Assembly: GCA_050251055.1 (NCBI GenBank)
Contig: JBFWNL010000003.1
Span: forward strand, 311,961 to 375,960
DNA length: 64,000 bases
DNA from: Bacteriovoracia bacterium
Lineage (GTDB): Bacteria; Bdellovibrionota; UBA1018; JBFWNL01
Reading direction: 5' to 3'
Under the pieces are notes generated by a model. The model did no database searches. It was not told where the DNA came from and worked only from the letters and a program-made list of their open reading frames with translations. Positions 20,376 through 29,792 of the stretch are shown piece after piece. Both the position numbers and the translations under genes were made by a program. Position 1 is the stretch's first letter; the number at the start of each line of letters is the position of its first letter.

Positions 20376-21910
20376 CCGCGGGGCCGCGGGATGCGAAACC
20401 ACATCAGGCTGTGCTTATAATCCGCGTTCGGATCGTTCGATAAGGGTTCGATTGTTCCGTCCGACCTAAACGTGAGTTCCTTGAAGAAGGGAATACGGTT
20501 GTACGAGTTCTCCTCTTTCATGTGCAGGATCACGTAAAACTGCACGCTGCCGCCCGCGACCGTGGGACCCTGAAACACGTCGCCGTGACCAAAGCTTACG
20601 CCCCGGGGAGTTTCCCGATCATGCGAAACCGCAAGCACGTGCTCTCGGATCGTCTCGTTCCGCCAATGATTCAGAAATAGCGTATCAAACGATTGTCCGC
20701 GACTGGTCATCCGGTAGAAAAGGCCGTAAGCGGGCCCATCGAAGGGATTTCGACTGAATACCAAGTAGTGACGCCCGTCGCGATGAAACGCCGCCGGGCC
20801 TTCGGCCACGCCGCCGCAGTTTTCTCCTTCGCATCCGCCTTGATTTCCGAAACTTCCGTTCAAGTACCGGCCGTCGATCTTATTCCAGGTGTTCACCTGA
20901 TACGCGAGATCCTTCAAGGTGGATGAAGACTGCGTGCGAGTGTCCATCATCAATTCATTCGCCATCCGATGCGTGGCGATATTGTTACCGGCCCAAAGCC
21001 CCTGCCGGAGACCGTGCCACGTGTAAAGCATGCGCAGGCGGTTTTGATTCTGGTTGGTCGTGGGGTCTACGTAAACGAATGAGTCGAGGGCAAACGTACC
21101 CGCGCATCCCACGTCGCCGCCCGCAATGATGCACGGTAGTCCCTGGTCGATTCGCGTCTGCCCAGGAGCCCCGCCCACGTTGCTCATATCCGCGCTGCCC
21201 GGGATCGGGCGACCGGCCGCGACTCCGCCGTCGTAACGGGCCGTGCCCTGCCAGCTATAACCATACTTTTGGGGCGCGCCAAAATACCCCGTACCGGCCG
21301 TGAACTGCGCAATCGGCATCGACGCCCCGTACACGGAAATGAAGTGGTAAGAGTCCGATCGGGCGCAAATATTTTGCGTTCCGCTCTGCGTAGCCGTGAA
21401 CGAAATGAATATCTGGCTGGGAGAAGCCGGGCTGGTGAACAAGTGCGGCGCCCAGAGATTACAGTACGATTGACCCTGAAAAATAGCCGGGTCAAACGCA
21501 CGGCGATGCCGCTCCCAGTTCACGAGGTCGCGTGACCGATAGATCCAGTAGTTGTGGTTCTGCAGCTCGTCGGTCGTGCCGGTCACGTAGTAGTAGTCCG
21601 CCACCTTTACGATCGTCGGATCCGCTAGATAGCGATGCTGGCCCTCGACCATGAAATTATAGCCATTCGCGTGCTGGTTGCGAACCATGCAATAGGCGCC
21701 GTTGGCGTCGTTTTGGTAATTACCGTTTACGGCCACCGACCCTACGCCGGGACAAGCCATGTAGCGGGGAGCGGGATTCCCACCCCCTCCGCCGTTATTA
21801 CTGCGTTTACGGCCACCGCCAAACGCGGAGGCAGGCCCCGCATCAAACGTCAAAGCGACTAAAAGTAGGAAAAAACCGACCAAAAAAGGGAACGGGCGCT
21901 GACTCTGCAT
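20372..21910 (-). CDS. Secreted GH43-like five-bladed beta-propeller glycosidase (paralog 1)
   Basis: Signal peptide; LADPTIV..YYYVTGT, LWAPHL, ALDSFVYVD, VAEGPAAF.RDGRHYLVFS, FGHGDVF. Confidence 0.8.
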   Translation of the reverse strand: MQSQRPFPFLVGFFLLLVALTFDAGPASAFGGGRKRSNNGGGGGNPAPRYMACPGVGSVAVNGNYQNDANGAYCMVRNQHANGYNFMVEGQHRYLADPTIVKVADYYYVTGTTDELQNHNYWIYRSRDLVNWERHRRAFDPAIFQGQSYCNLWAPHLFTSPASPSQIFISFTATQSGTQNICARSDSYHFISVYGASMPIAQFTAGTGYFGAPQKYGYSWQGTARYDGGVAAGRPIPGSADMSNVGGAPGQTRIDQGLPCIIAGGDVGCAGTFALDSFVYVDPTTNQNQNRLRMLYTWHGLRQGLWAGNNIATHRMANELMMDTRTQSSSTLKDLAYQVNTWNKIDGRYLNGSFGNQGGCEGENCGGVAEGPAAFHRDGRHYLVFSRNPFDGPAYGLFYRMTSRGQSFDTLFLNHWRNETIREHVLAVSHDRETPRGVSFGHGDVFQGPTVAGGSVQFYVILHMKEENSYNRIPFFKELTFRSDGTIEPLSNDPNADYKHSLMWFRIPRPRG

Positions 21911-21945
21911 GTCTCACTCCAACTCTGGTCGCCCACCCCGGTACA

Positions 21946-21963
21946 TTGCAAAGCGATGGCCAA
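21946..21963 (-). promoter_or_regulatory. Sigma-54 (-24/-12) promoter of GH43 paralog 1
   Basis: Minus strand TTGGCCATCGCTTTGCAA: GG-N10-GC with TTGC; GGAG RBS downstream. Confidence 0.7.
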
Positions 21964-22087
21964 CCGGCGGTGCCCTCAACCGGGTCTATCGGCGAATACA
22001 AGCCGCTTGCAGGCTCAGGCCCGTCGAAGGATTAGACACCGGACTTCTTGGCAGTCGTATCGGGATAGAGCTACAATTCAAAGCATT

Positions 22088-23239
22088 GTGAGATACGCTT
22101 CCGCCCATTTGCTTGCTATCTGCCTGGCGCTTAACTCGGGCTGCAACGCCAAGTTCCACCGCGGGGTCAACCAAACCTGGCTCGTGTACGCGGGCGCCTA
22201 TAGCACCACGACTTTGAACATCTTCGACCTCGATCCGGCGACGCATACCCTTACTTTGAATCCGGTCTCGCCGATCACTCTACCCGACGCCCCCGGAACC
22301 CCCTCCGCCTTTATCCAAACTCGTGACCGGCGCTTCTTGATCATTCTCGAACGCGGCATGCCCTCGGCGGTTCAAACCTACGCGCTCGATAGCACCACGG
22401 GAGTCTTGGGCCCCACGCCCCTCACCACCTACTCCGTCGGCGCGCTCATCGGAAACGGGGCCTCCGTCAGCCGGCAAGTGATGGCCTTGAGCAAGGACGA
22501 AACCCGACTTTTCCTGGCCGATAGCGTAACGAGTACGGTTAAAAGCCTGGCATTTAACCGAGACACCGGGATCCTCACCGAGACGGGGGCCACCCCCCTT
22601 TACGGTTACAGCACCGGCATTGCCGTACATCCGAACGGCCGTTGGCTCTACGCCGCGAGCCCCATCAACTCCGAACTCCTCGGCGCGGAAATTCGAGACG
22701 ACGGCTCGCTGCTGCCGCTGGGAGGTTCACCCTACGCATGCGGGATCAAGTGCAAGGAGTTGGCGATGTCTCCGGGAGGCGGCGCCCTAGTGGCGGCAAG
22801 CTACGATTTTAATGATACCGAGAGGGTCTTTTCGATTGACCCCACCACGGGTTCGCTCACCTTACGAACCTCGGTGAATGTACACTACGGGGATTCCATC
22901 GGAATTCTCTTTTATCCGGGCACGCAACTGCTCGCCGTAGCCGGATTGAACTACCTGTATAATGTCGAGGAAGATGCAAGCGTCAGCCTAGCCACCGACT
23001 TCAGTGCGCAAAATCTTTGCGGCTTGACCGCCGGGCTTACTAACTACGTCGCCGCTTCACCAGACGGAGTGTACTTGGCCTGCAATAATGGTCCTACCGG
23101 CGGCAAACTCGCCGTATTGCGTTATCAAGGCACCGGCAGCGCGCCGACACACGTGGCCAATTCTCCCACCGATTTGCCAACGTCCGGTTCGCTCTACTTC
23201 AGCGCGGCATTCATTAAACTACTCAAGCCGGTTCCCTAA
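22088..23239 (+). CDS. Lactonase-family (6-phosphogluconolactonase-like) beta-propeller lipoprotein
   Basis: GTG 22088, lipobox NSGC, blades IAVHPNGRWLYAA, LAMSPGG, AASPDGVYL, GSPY. Confidence 0.75.
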   Translation: MRYASAHLLAICLALNSGCNAKFHRGVNQTWLVYAGAYSTTTLNIFDLDPATHTLTLNPVSPITLPDAPGTPSAFIQTRDRRFLIILERGMPSAVQTYALDSTTGVLGPTPLTTYSVGALIGNGASVSRQVMALSKDETRLFLADSVTSTVKSLAFNRDTGILTETGATPLYGYSTGIAVHPNGRWLYAASPINSELLGAEIRDDGSLLPLGGSPYACGIKCKELAMSPGGGALVAASYDFNDTERVFSIDPTTGSLTLRTSVNVHYGDSIGILFYPGTQLLAVAGLNYLYNVEEDASVSLATDFSAQNLCGLTAGLTNYVAASPDGVYLACNNGPTGGKLAVLRYQGTGSAPTHVANSPTDLPTSGSLYFSAAFIKLLKPVP

Positions 23240-23244
23240 CCGAG

Positions 23245-25269
23245 TTATAGCGTCCACTCCGACGAGGGAAAACGCCAGTCGATGAAATCAGAAACCTCCA
23301 GGCCTTCCTGCATCAGTACCCGGCGCAAGGACGGCATGCAGGTCTGGCCGCGGCAGCGGCCCTCCCCGCAGTGAGTGACGCTGAGCACAGCCTCGGAAGA
23401 GCGCAGCTTCGCTTGCCGTACGCGCTCGCGCACGTCTTCAAGCTTCACGCCCACGCAGGGACACAGGTATGCTGACGGATCTCCCGCAGGCGCGCCGGGC
23501 GTGGGACTGAAGCGGATCTGCATGCCCCGATGCATGGGGGTCTGGCAGGCGAGCTTTTTGTTGCCGTCGACTTCCACCACGCAAAGCTTGCAGCTCCCGT
23601 CGGGACAAAGCAGCGCGTCCTCGGCACGGGCGCGGCCGATTTCGAAAAGTGAAACGGAGATCGGTACTCCCTCGCGCACGAGTCGCTTTTCCCCGTTCAA
23701 TACGATCTCCACCTTGGCTTGCGGATCGGCGGCGTTGATGGACTTCACGAAGTCATCTTCCGCCCGCTCCTGCCGGGGCCGCTTCAATCCGCGCGCTTCC
23801 CAAACCAAGTGGCCCGGCACGGAAACCTGCACGAGCTGGGCTTCGCCCGTCACCGGCGTGGGGGTTTCGTCCACGGAAAATCCGGGCGGAAGCACGTCAT
23901 CGTCATCGTCCGAAACACGCGCGCCTGGCAGCTTCTCGCCCTCGCCGATCACCTGATTCACGCGGGCCGAGCCCAAGCTTTCTCCCCGGCGATTCACGAT
24001 CGTAACGAAATCTCCGCGCCGCCAACGGTCTTCCCCCCGCCAAGGGATCACGACGTCGGCCAAGGGTTGATCGTCGCCGGAGCGAATCATCACCGGCACC
24101 GAACTCGGGCACGCCTTTAGGCACGCTCCGCAACCCGTGCACTTGTTTTCGATCAGGAAAGAGGCTTTCTCCGCCGAGCGGTCGATGCGGATCGCCTGTT
24201 CGGGGCACGCTCTCTCGCAAAGATTACAGCGAATCGATTCCGCGCATTCGATCGCGGCGACGAGCCGTCGTTTGTAAACCTGCTGGGGCACGCCGACGAA
24301 TCCGCGAAGCTTCGCGGCGTCGCGCTCCTCGAGCCACTTTCCCTGATAAGCTGGGGTAAACGGCTCCTGCCGGTGGCGGGTGTGCGACTTCAGGCGCACC
24401 TTCGCGCGCCGGGCCTGCTGATCGACCCACTCCTTGCGCTCGCCCAAGTCAGCGACGAGCGCCTTCACGATGCGCGCCGCCAGCGCCCGCGCGCGCTCTT
24501 CCTCCAAACCCCATCCCTGCACGGAATCTTCCTGATCCTCGAACGCGGTCTGATCGAGCTCGAAAAGGAGCGAACCGGGTGGATACTCGCGCACGCCCGG
24601 CAAATCACGGTACGGGCCCGCCGAAATCACGCGCGCGACGTCGATGAGGCGCGTGCCCACGCTGTCTTTGAGTTTCATCTGCCAAATGAGCGGACCTTTC
24701 TCGGCGATTTCGAGCGGAGTCGCTTCCACGAGCTTTCCGCCCAACGTCTCGAACTGACGGCGCTCCACTTCCCAGCCCGCGTAGCGCTTCCCTTGCCACT
24801 GGGCGGAAGCTTCCACGCAGTATACTTCCGGCGCCTTCGCCATCCGCAGGAGCCGCACTCCGAAACGAAGGGCGTCGTTACCGCTGCCCAGGATCGCCAC
24901 CGCCGGCTCCCACGTGACCTGGCTCTCCACCAAAAGTCGTTGAGCGGTCGCGAGCGGAATGAGTGCCGGCGTACGCCAGCCCGGCACCGGGTCGCCGAAC
25001 TCGGCGGGACTCGCCAGCCGTACGACGGCCTTGGCGTGAATGCGATGAATGCGTTTTTGGGAATCTTCGACGAAAACGATGCCACCCACGCCCGGGAGGG
25101 GGATCACCCCCTGCACGGCCAGATCGCGGCCGCCAAAAAGCCCGACGCGTAATCCTAACTCGTTACAGATGGAAGCAAGCGTGCGCGCGCCGATACTAGG
25201 CCAGGTCCGCACGCGCGGGCCCGCGACGATCACGACATCGAAACTTCCGGAGCGGACCGACAAGCTCAT
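23245..25269 (-). CDS. Fusion of a degenerate pyridine-nucleotide oxidoreductase domain, 4Fe-4S dicluster, 2Fe-2S and BFD-like domains
   Basis: ATG 25269 overlaps the upstream TGA (ATGA). AILGSGN; CAESIRCNLCERACP...CTGCGACLKACP; CPDGSCKLCVVEVDG...LACQT; CPCVGV...CGEGRCRGQTC. Confidence 0.85.
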   Translation of the reverse strand: MSLSVRSGSFDVVIVAGPRVRTWPSIGARTLASICNELGLRVGLFGGRDLAVQGVIPLPGVGGIVFVEDSQKRIHRIHAKAVVRLASPAEFGDPVPGWRTPALIPLATAQRLLVESQVTWEPAVAILGSGNDALRFGVRLLRMAKAPEVYCVEASAQWQGKRYAGWEVERRQFETLGGKLVEATPLEIAEKGPLIWQMKLKDSVGTRLIDVARVISAGPYRDLPGVREYPPGSLLFELDQTAFEDQEDSVQGWGLEEERARALAARIVKALVADLGERKEWVDQQARRAKVRLKSHTRHRQEPFTPAYQGKWLEERDAAKLRGFVGVPQQVYKRRLVAAIECAESIRCNLCERACPEQAIRIDRSAEKASFLIENKCTGCGACLKACPSSVPVMIRSGDDQPLADVVIPWRGEDRWRRGDFVTIVNRRGESLGSARVNQVIGEGEKLPGARVSDDDDDVLPPGFSVDETPTPVTGEAQLVQVSVPGHLVWEARGLKRPRQERAEDDFVKSINAADPQAKVEIVLNGEKRLVREGVPISVSLFEIGRARAEDALLCPDGSCKLCVVEVDGNKKLACQTPMHRGMQIRFSPTPGAPAGDPSAYLCPCVGVKLEDVRERVRQAKLRSSEAVLSVTHCGEGRCRGQTCMPSLRRVLMQEGLEVSDFIDWRFPSSEWTL

Positions 25270-26504
25270 CCGTACCTCGCGGCGACGACGCGCGCTTGGC
25301 GCACGACCTGAACCAGGGGCCCGTCGGCATTCGGTACGACGTGACTCATGAGCTCGCCGTGGGGAAATGAGATCAAAGCTCCCGAAGCGCGCGCGGGCCA
25401 CTGCAAGATCAGCCGGGGCGAGAAGTCGTTCACCGAAAACTTCTCCCAACCCAGAACATCCCGGCAAAGCTTGTAAATTTCATCGAACGAACGCGCGGAG
25501 GCGAAGTCGGGCGCGTCCTCCAGGCCGATCTCTTCGCCCATCCGCAGTACCCGCAGCCGATAGGAGTCCGCAAACGGACCCTCCACCTCGGCCCACACCG
25601 CGAGTCGAGCGAAGAAGCCCACCTGGGTGGTCCGCAGAGGCACGCGCGACATCACCGACCACTGCTCCAAAATACGGGCCTTCGTCGGAAAAATAGAAAA
25701 ATCCTGCTCGGCTTTCTTCAGGCGCGCGATCGCCTGGGTCTGCACCCAGCGCGTGAGCCGAGGCGTCCAGAACGCGAGCACGCCCTGGCGAACCTTCGCC
25801 GTCCGCAGTCCCGCCGCGTAACCGGCCGTTTGGTAAAAGCGCAAACCGTCGGGCGTCAGCTCGATGTGGTCGGCCGAGGTCACCATGCCGTCGTTACCCA
25901 GCCGTTCGCGCACGAACTCGAGCAACCCGTTGCGATACCGAACGACGTCCACGTCGGCCATGCGCGGGAGCTGAATCCCGCGCGCGTCTTCCCAGCGATC
26001 AGCGGCGCGCGAGGTAAAACCCGGTAGGCGCGCCACCGCCGAAAGCCCGGCGAGTTCGCCCGGGTTCAAGCCCTGGTCGTGGGCCGTAACGAAAAGCTCT
26101 TCCACCCTGTCCCATTCTGGCTTGTCCCACTCCGGCCTGCCTTCATCGGGCCGCAGCCAGATCCAATCGCGTCCCCGCACGTGCGGCGCCTGCGAATCGC
26201 GAAACCCCTCGGTGGCTTCGCCGGGCCAGGAAAGCTCCACCGCGCCCGGAAACGCCGGCCGCAGCTCCTCGGCCGCGGCATCCGGCTGGCTCGCGCGCAG
26301 GCGCTCGGCCGCGCCGCCCGCGTCTCCGGAGTGGGACGCCACGAAAGGATCAAAAGGAAGTTCGGAATTCTCGCGAAAAAAGTCGAACTCGGGATTGAGT
26401 AGCAAGACGCGTTTGCCTTTGGCAATCAGCTCGCTGGCCACCGCCAACGGGGCCACGCCCGTCCCCAGCAGCGCGACGTCATAGACGTCGCTATCGACCG
26501 CCAT
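25266..26504 (-). CDS. Divergent FAD-dependent oxidoreductase (DAO/glycine oxidase-like)
   Basis: N-terminal YDVALLGTGVAPLAVASEL..KGKRVLLL dinucleotide-binding fold (GxGxxP). Remainder weakly conserved. Confidence 0.65.
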   Translation of the reverse strand: MAVDSDVYDVALLGTGVAPLAVASELIAKGKRVLLLNPEFDFFRENSELPFDPFVASHSGDAGGAAERLRASQPDAAAEELRPAFPGAVELSWPGEATEGFRDSQAPHVRGRDWIWLRPDEGRPEWDKPEWDRVEELFVTAHDQGLNPGELAGLSAVARLPGFTSRAADRWEDARGIQLPRMADVDVVRYRNGLLEFVRERLGNDGMVTSADHIELTPDGLRFYQTAGYAAGLRTAKVRQGVLAFWTPRLTRWVQTQAIARLKKAEQDFSIFPTKARILEQWSVMSRVPLRTTQVGFFARLAVWAEVEGPFADSYRLRVLRMGEEIGLEDAPDFASARSFDEIYKLCRDVLGWEKFSVNDFSPRLILQWPARASGALISFPHGELMSHVVPNADGPLVQVVRQARVVAARYG

Positions 26505-27779
26505 TTAACCGGCTCCCGACGTTTCCCGCCCGGAGCCCGCGGGTTCAGCCAGCACGCCCATCACCCGTTTAAGCGCGGTGTGGATCTGGGCTTTCTTATA
26601 TTCAAGGTGCGAGCTGCGACCGCGCTCGTTTTCCTCGAAGCTTTTCTGATCCATGATCTGGACCTCGAAAGGATAAAAGAAGCGCACCTCGCGCTGCAGG
26701 TACTTGAGATCGATATCCTTCACCATCGTGGCGAAGCGGTCCGGCAGGTTTTCCTTCTTCGCCTCCGCCTTAAGCGCCTTGATGTCGTCGAAAAGTGGGT
26801 TTGTGAACTTAATGAGCTGCCGGCAGGTAAACTGAATGGAGCGGTAAAACGCGCTGGAATGCGGGTTGTCGGTCGCGAGCTGAGGCGGACGAATGGAACG
26901 CAGCAGTTCCTCGCGCAACGCCTCCTCGCCGACTTGCCCCCGATTGGCCATCACCAAGAGCTCCTCAAGACGGCTACGGAAGAACGAAAGATCGATGAGC
27001 GTATTGCGCGAGCGGCTGGCCTTGATGTTGGCCGGCATGACCACCATCGAGTCCTTCAGGTACTTCACCACCCGCAGCGAATCGAGCACGGTGGGCGTCA
27101 CGATGCGCATGCCGACGCGGTCGAAGATTTCGTCGGTGACGTTTTCGCGCTTGAAGAGCACCTTCAGCAGCATCGACTCGCGCGATTTCTTGGGCTTGGT
27201 CTCGAACGCGGTAAGCGGGATGCGCGCGTCGCCCATGTAAAGCTCGCCCTGGTCCCCGCGGTGGATCACCTTGTAGAAACGGTCGAAAATCTGCTTCTGG
27301 ATGTCGGAAAAATAGGGTGTGCGCACGTCCTTGTCGATGTGGGCGATCGCGTGAACGACCTTCAGCAGGCTGCAAGCCCAGGCGCGCAGGGCCTGGCCGG
27401 CCGCGTCCGCCTGCTGGCCCGGATAAGTGTGTCCGGCCATCAGCAGGAGATCGCGCATGTCGGTCACTTCAAGGATCTTGCGCGGAATCTCGAGCTTCAG
27501 CCCGTCGGGATTCTCCGGCTGCAGGAAGTACTTCCGTACGAAGTTGATCGCCTCATGAAAGTTCCCCAGCGCCTCGGCACGCTCGATGGGATCGGCCAGG
27601 TCGAAGCCGTAGCTCTGCATGAAACGGTCGGCGTCTTCATGCGTCTTCAAGCGGAAACCGGACAGCCCGATATCGGTATCGATGATGGAAACGCCGCCGA
27701 TCATGACGTCGAGCACTTCGAAACGGAAGTCGTACTTTCCGTAAATCGAATCAAGGGCTTTGCGGTCAGGCGGTTGCAT
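26505..27779 (-). CDS. TIGR04552/TIGR04562-like protein with RelA/SpoT synthetase-like nucleotidyltransferase motifs
   Basis: KPKKSRESMLLKV, EIFDRVGMRIV, FYRSIQFT, PFEVQI, SSHLEYK parallel the RSH synthetase motifs; about 420 aa. Confidence 0.8.
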   Translation of the reverse strand: MQPPDRKALDSIYGKYDFRFEVLDVMIGGVSIIDTDIGLSGFRLKTHEDADRFMQSYGFDLADPIERAEALGNFHEAINFVRKYFLQPENPDGLKLEIPRKILEVTDMRDLLLMAGHTYPGQQADAAGQALRAWACSLLKVVHAIAHIDKDVRTPYFSDIQKQIFDRFYKVIHRGDQGELYMGDARIPLTAFETKPKKSRESMLLKVLFKRENVTDEIFDRVGMRIVTPTVLDSLRVVKYLKDSMVVMPANIKASRSRNTLIDLSFFRSRLEELLVMANRGQVGEEALREELLRSIRPPQLATDNPHSSAFYRSIQFTCRQLIKFTNPLFDDIKALKAEAKKENLPDRFATMVKDIDLKYLQREVRFFYPFEVQIMDQKSFEENERGRSSHLEYKKAQIHTALKRVMGVLAEPAGSGRETSGAG

Positions 27780-27799
27780 TCAAGGGGACATTAACATGG

Positions 27800-27888
27800 C
27801 GATATAGGTGCCAGGCAACTTTTCTGCTAGACGATGCCACAAGGATTTGCTGCGTCGCACACCAAAAAACTACCTGGCACCTTTATCG
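27800..27888. repeat. Long inverted repeat (REP/REPIN-like hairpin) in a divergent intergenic region
   Basis: CGATA-T-AGGTGCCAGG (27800-27815) pairs with CCTGGCACCT-T-TATCG (27873-27888). Confidence 0.6.
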
Positions 27889-27892
27889 GGTA

Positions 27893-27911
27893 CTGTCGAA
27901 TGTTTCGACAG
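27893..27911. promoter_or_regulatory. Palindromic operator or enhancer-like site
   Basis: Perfect CTGTCGAA-TGT-TTCGACAG, about 40 nt upstream of a weak GG-N10-GC (27950-27963). Confidence 0.5.
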
Positions 27912-28002
27912 CTCACCGTATTTTTGCCCTAAAATTCCCCATAATCTTGGGCTCCAGAAGCGCATCTCCCTGGTCTATTAATTGCTCTTTTTAGTTCAGG
28001 CT

Positions 28003-29622
28003 ATGAAGCGGCGATACTTTGAGATTTTAACTCTGCTTTGGCTATTCGCGGGGGCGGGTCCGACTTGGGCAAGGAAACCCTCTCAGCAGGAAACGCCGAC
28101 CCTCGAGCAGATCCGCACCCTCCTGGAGAGTCGCAAAACCGGTACCTCGATAGAAAACCTGCTCCAACACCTGGCGGAAAACTTCCCGCTCTACATGAGC
28201 CACTTTACCTTGATGTTCGACAGCCAAAGCCTTCAAGAAGGAACCCCGACGAATCCCCGTGCGATCGTTTACGGCAGGGATGCCAACCTCCTCTTGTCGT
28301 TCAACGGTCACCCCGCGGACCCGCAGAAAAAATACCGGGATAACTCCAATGGCTTCGAAAACCTCGAACTCATCGAATTCCAAGCCGACACTCACGAATT
28401 TCGTTTCTTTGAAGTCACCCGCCAAAATGGGAGACTCGCGATCTCAGAACCCAACCCCGCCAAGTGCTACGAATGTCACGGCCAAGCCGACTTACGACCA
28501 AACTGGGAACCTTACGACACCTGGCCGGGGGCCTTCGGTTCCTTTGATGATCGTCTCTATGGAGGACAGCCCTCCGAGAACAACGGCTATTTCGACTTTA
28601 AACGAACCAATCCCGCGCTGGAGCTTTCGCAGCTGAAGGAATTCATAGTTACCGCCGGCGCCCATCCCCGCTATCGGCACTTGCAGAACCTCGCCGCGTC
28701 CTATGAGGCTGGGCGCTCGACCTCGTTTGACCGACAGCTCGATCTGCCCCGGATGACCAAGGTTCGGCACAACGGCAATCTCACGACGCTTATCGCGCGC
28801 AAAAACTTGAAACGCGTGGTTCGCCTAATGAAACAAACCCCCGACTACGCTGCATATAAGTACGCCATCTTGGGCGCTTGGAAATGCCCAAGCGGGGATC
28901 ATGACAAACCTTGGGACTTCGTTCCGTCCACGCTGGTGAAAATTTACCCAAAATCCCCTTACGCGGCGAAGAACAGCGAAAGGGAGGAGGGCTTGTTCAA
29001 GGAGATCTTCGAGCGCCGCGGTATATCGATCAAGGATTGGAGTACGAGCTTTCGCAAGGGCATCCCCGACTCCTTCAACATCCCAAACGACCCTTCTTCC
29101 ATTTCAGACGAGTTCGCTTGGGCGATGGCGGAATCCGACCCCGAGCTGGATGAGTACCTTTCACGAAGCTCGAAACCCGGGGTTTACACACCTTGGCTCG
29201 AATCCCATACCGTGGCCATGAAAGACGTCGGCCCCCTCCAAGGATGTGACGCGCTCAAAGCCAAGAGTCTCTCCGTACTGAGCAAGCTGAACGCCGTGCA
29301 ACCCGCTCGAGCTCTTCAGCCAAACGCCAGTTCGTTGCTGCAAAGCTGCGTGCGTTGTCACGTCAATTCTAAAATTGGCGCCGCCATCGCGTTTGACGAC
29401 GAAAAGCTGCTAGGAGCGCAGCTTCAGAACCCCCCGGCGGAACTAGATTCCACCGAGCCCACCCTGGCGGCTGAGATCATCCGGCGGATTTCCATTCGGG
29501 CCGAGGAGCCCGACCTTTCCCTCCGCAGATTGCGGATGCCCAGGGGAGGAAAATCGTTTACGGCCGAGGAGATCGACCAAATCCGAACTTGGTTGAAAAC
29601 CACTTCACCGCCTAGGCCTTAG
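28003..29622 (+). CDS. Secreted protein with two CxxCH motifs (putative diheme c-type cytochrome)
   Basis: Signal peptide; CYECH and CVRCH; RMP near the C-terminus (possible Met ligand). Confidence 0.75.
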   Translation: MKRRYFEILTLLWLFAGAGPTWARKPSQQETPTLEQIRTLLESRKTGTSIENLLQHLAENFPLYMSHFTLMFDSQSLQEGTPTNPRAIVYGRDANLLLSFNGHPADPQKKYRDNSNGFENLELIEFQADTHEFRFFEVTRQNGRLAISEPNPAKCYECHGQADLRPNWEPYDTWPGAFGSFDDRLYGGQPSENNGYFDFKRTNPALELSQLKEFIVTAGAHPRYRHLQNLAASYEAGRSTSFDRQLDLPRMTKVRHNGNLTTLIARKNLKRVVRLMKQTPDYAAYKYAILGAWKCPSGDHDKPWDFVPSTLVKIYPKSPYAAKNSEREEGLFKEIFERRGISIKDWSTSFRKGIPDSFNIPNDPSSISDEFAWAMAESDPELDEYLSRSSKPGVYTPWLESHTVAMKDVGPLQGCDALKAKSLSVLSKLNAVQPARALQPNASSLLQSCVRCHVNSKIGAAIAFDDEKLLGAQLQNPPAELDSTEPTLAAEIIRRISIRAEEPDLSLRRLRMPRGGKSFTAEEIDQIRTWLKTTSPPRP

Positions 29623-29726
29623 CCCACCGTCTAGGTTCCCTGCATGCGTCCTGGCCGACGCAAGGGCGGGAGGCCCGTCGGCCCCTTCGAAATTGCTCGG
29701 TTTTCCTCGCCGAAAAAGCGGCGTCT

Positions 29727-29744
29727 TTGGCACGCCCCTCGCAA
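29727..29744 (+). promoter_or_regulatory. Sigma-54 promoter of GH43 paralog 2
   Basis: TTGGCACGCCCCTCGCAA, one mismatch to TGGCACG-N4-TTGC. Confidence 0.7.
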
Positions 29745-29792
29745 AACCTAGGATCACAGGGATCACGGCCAATATAGAAATGGGGCGCATGC

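Noticed and set aside
25270-25467. N-terminal extension of the Fe-S fusion in the ORF track (also the extended starts given for tsaD, rsmA, DUF502, pal and the SBP)
   Set aside because: They overlap neighbouring genes or structured RNA; ATGA coupling, RBSs or signal peptides point to the later starts.
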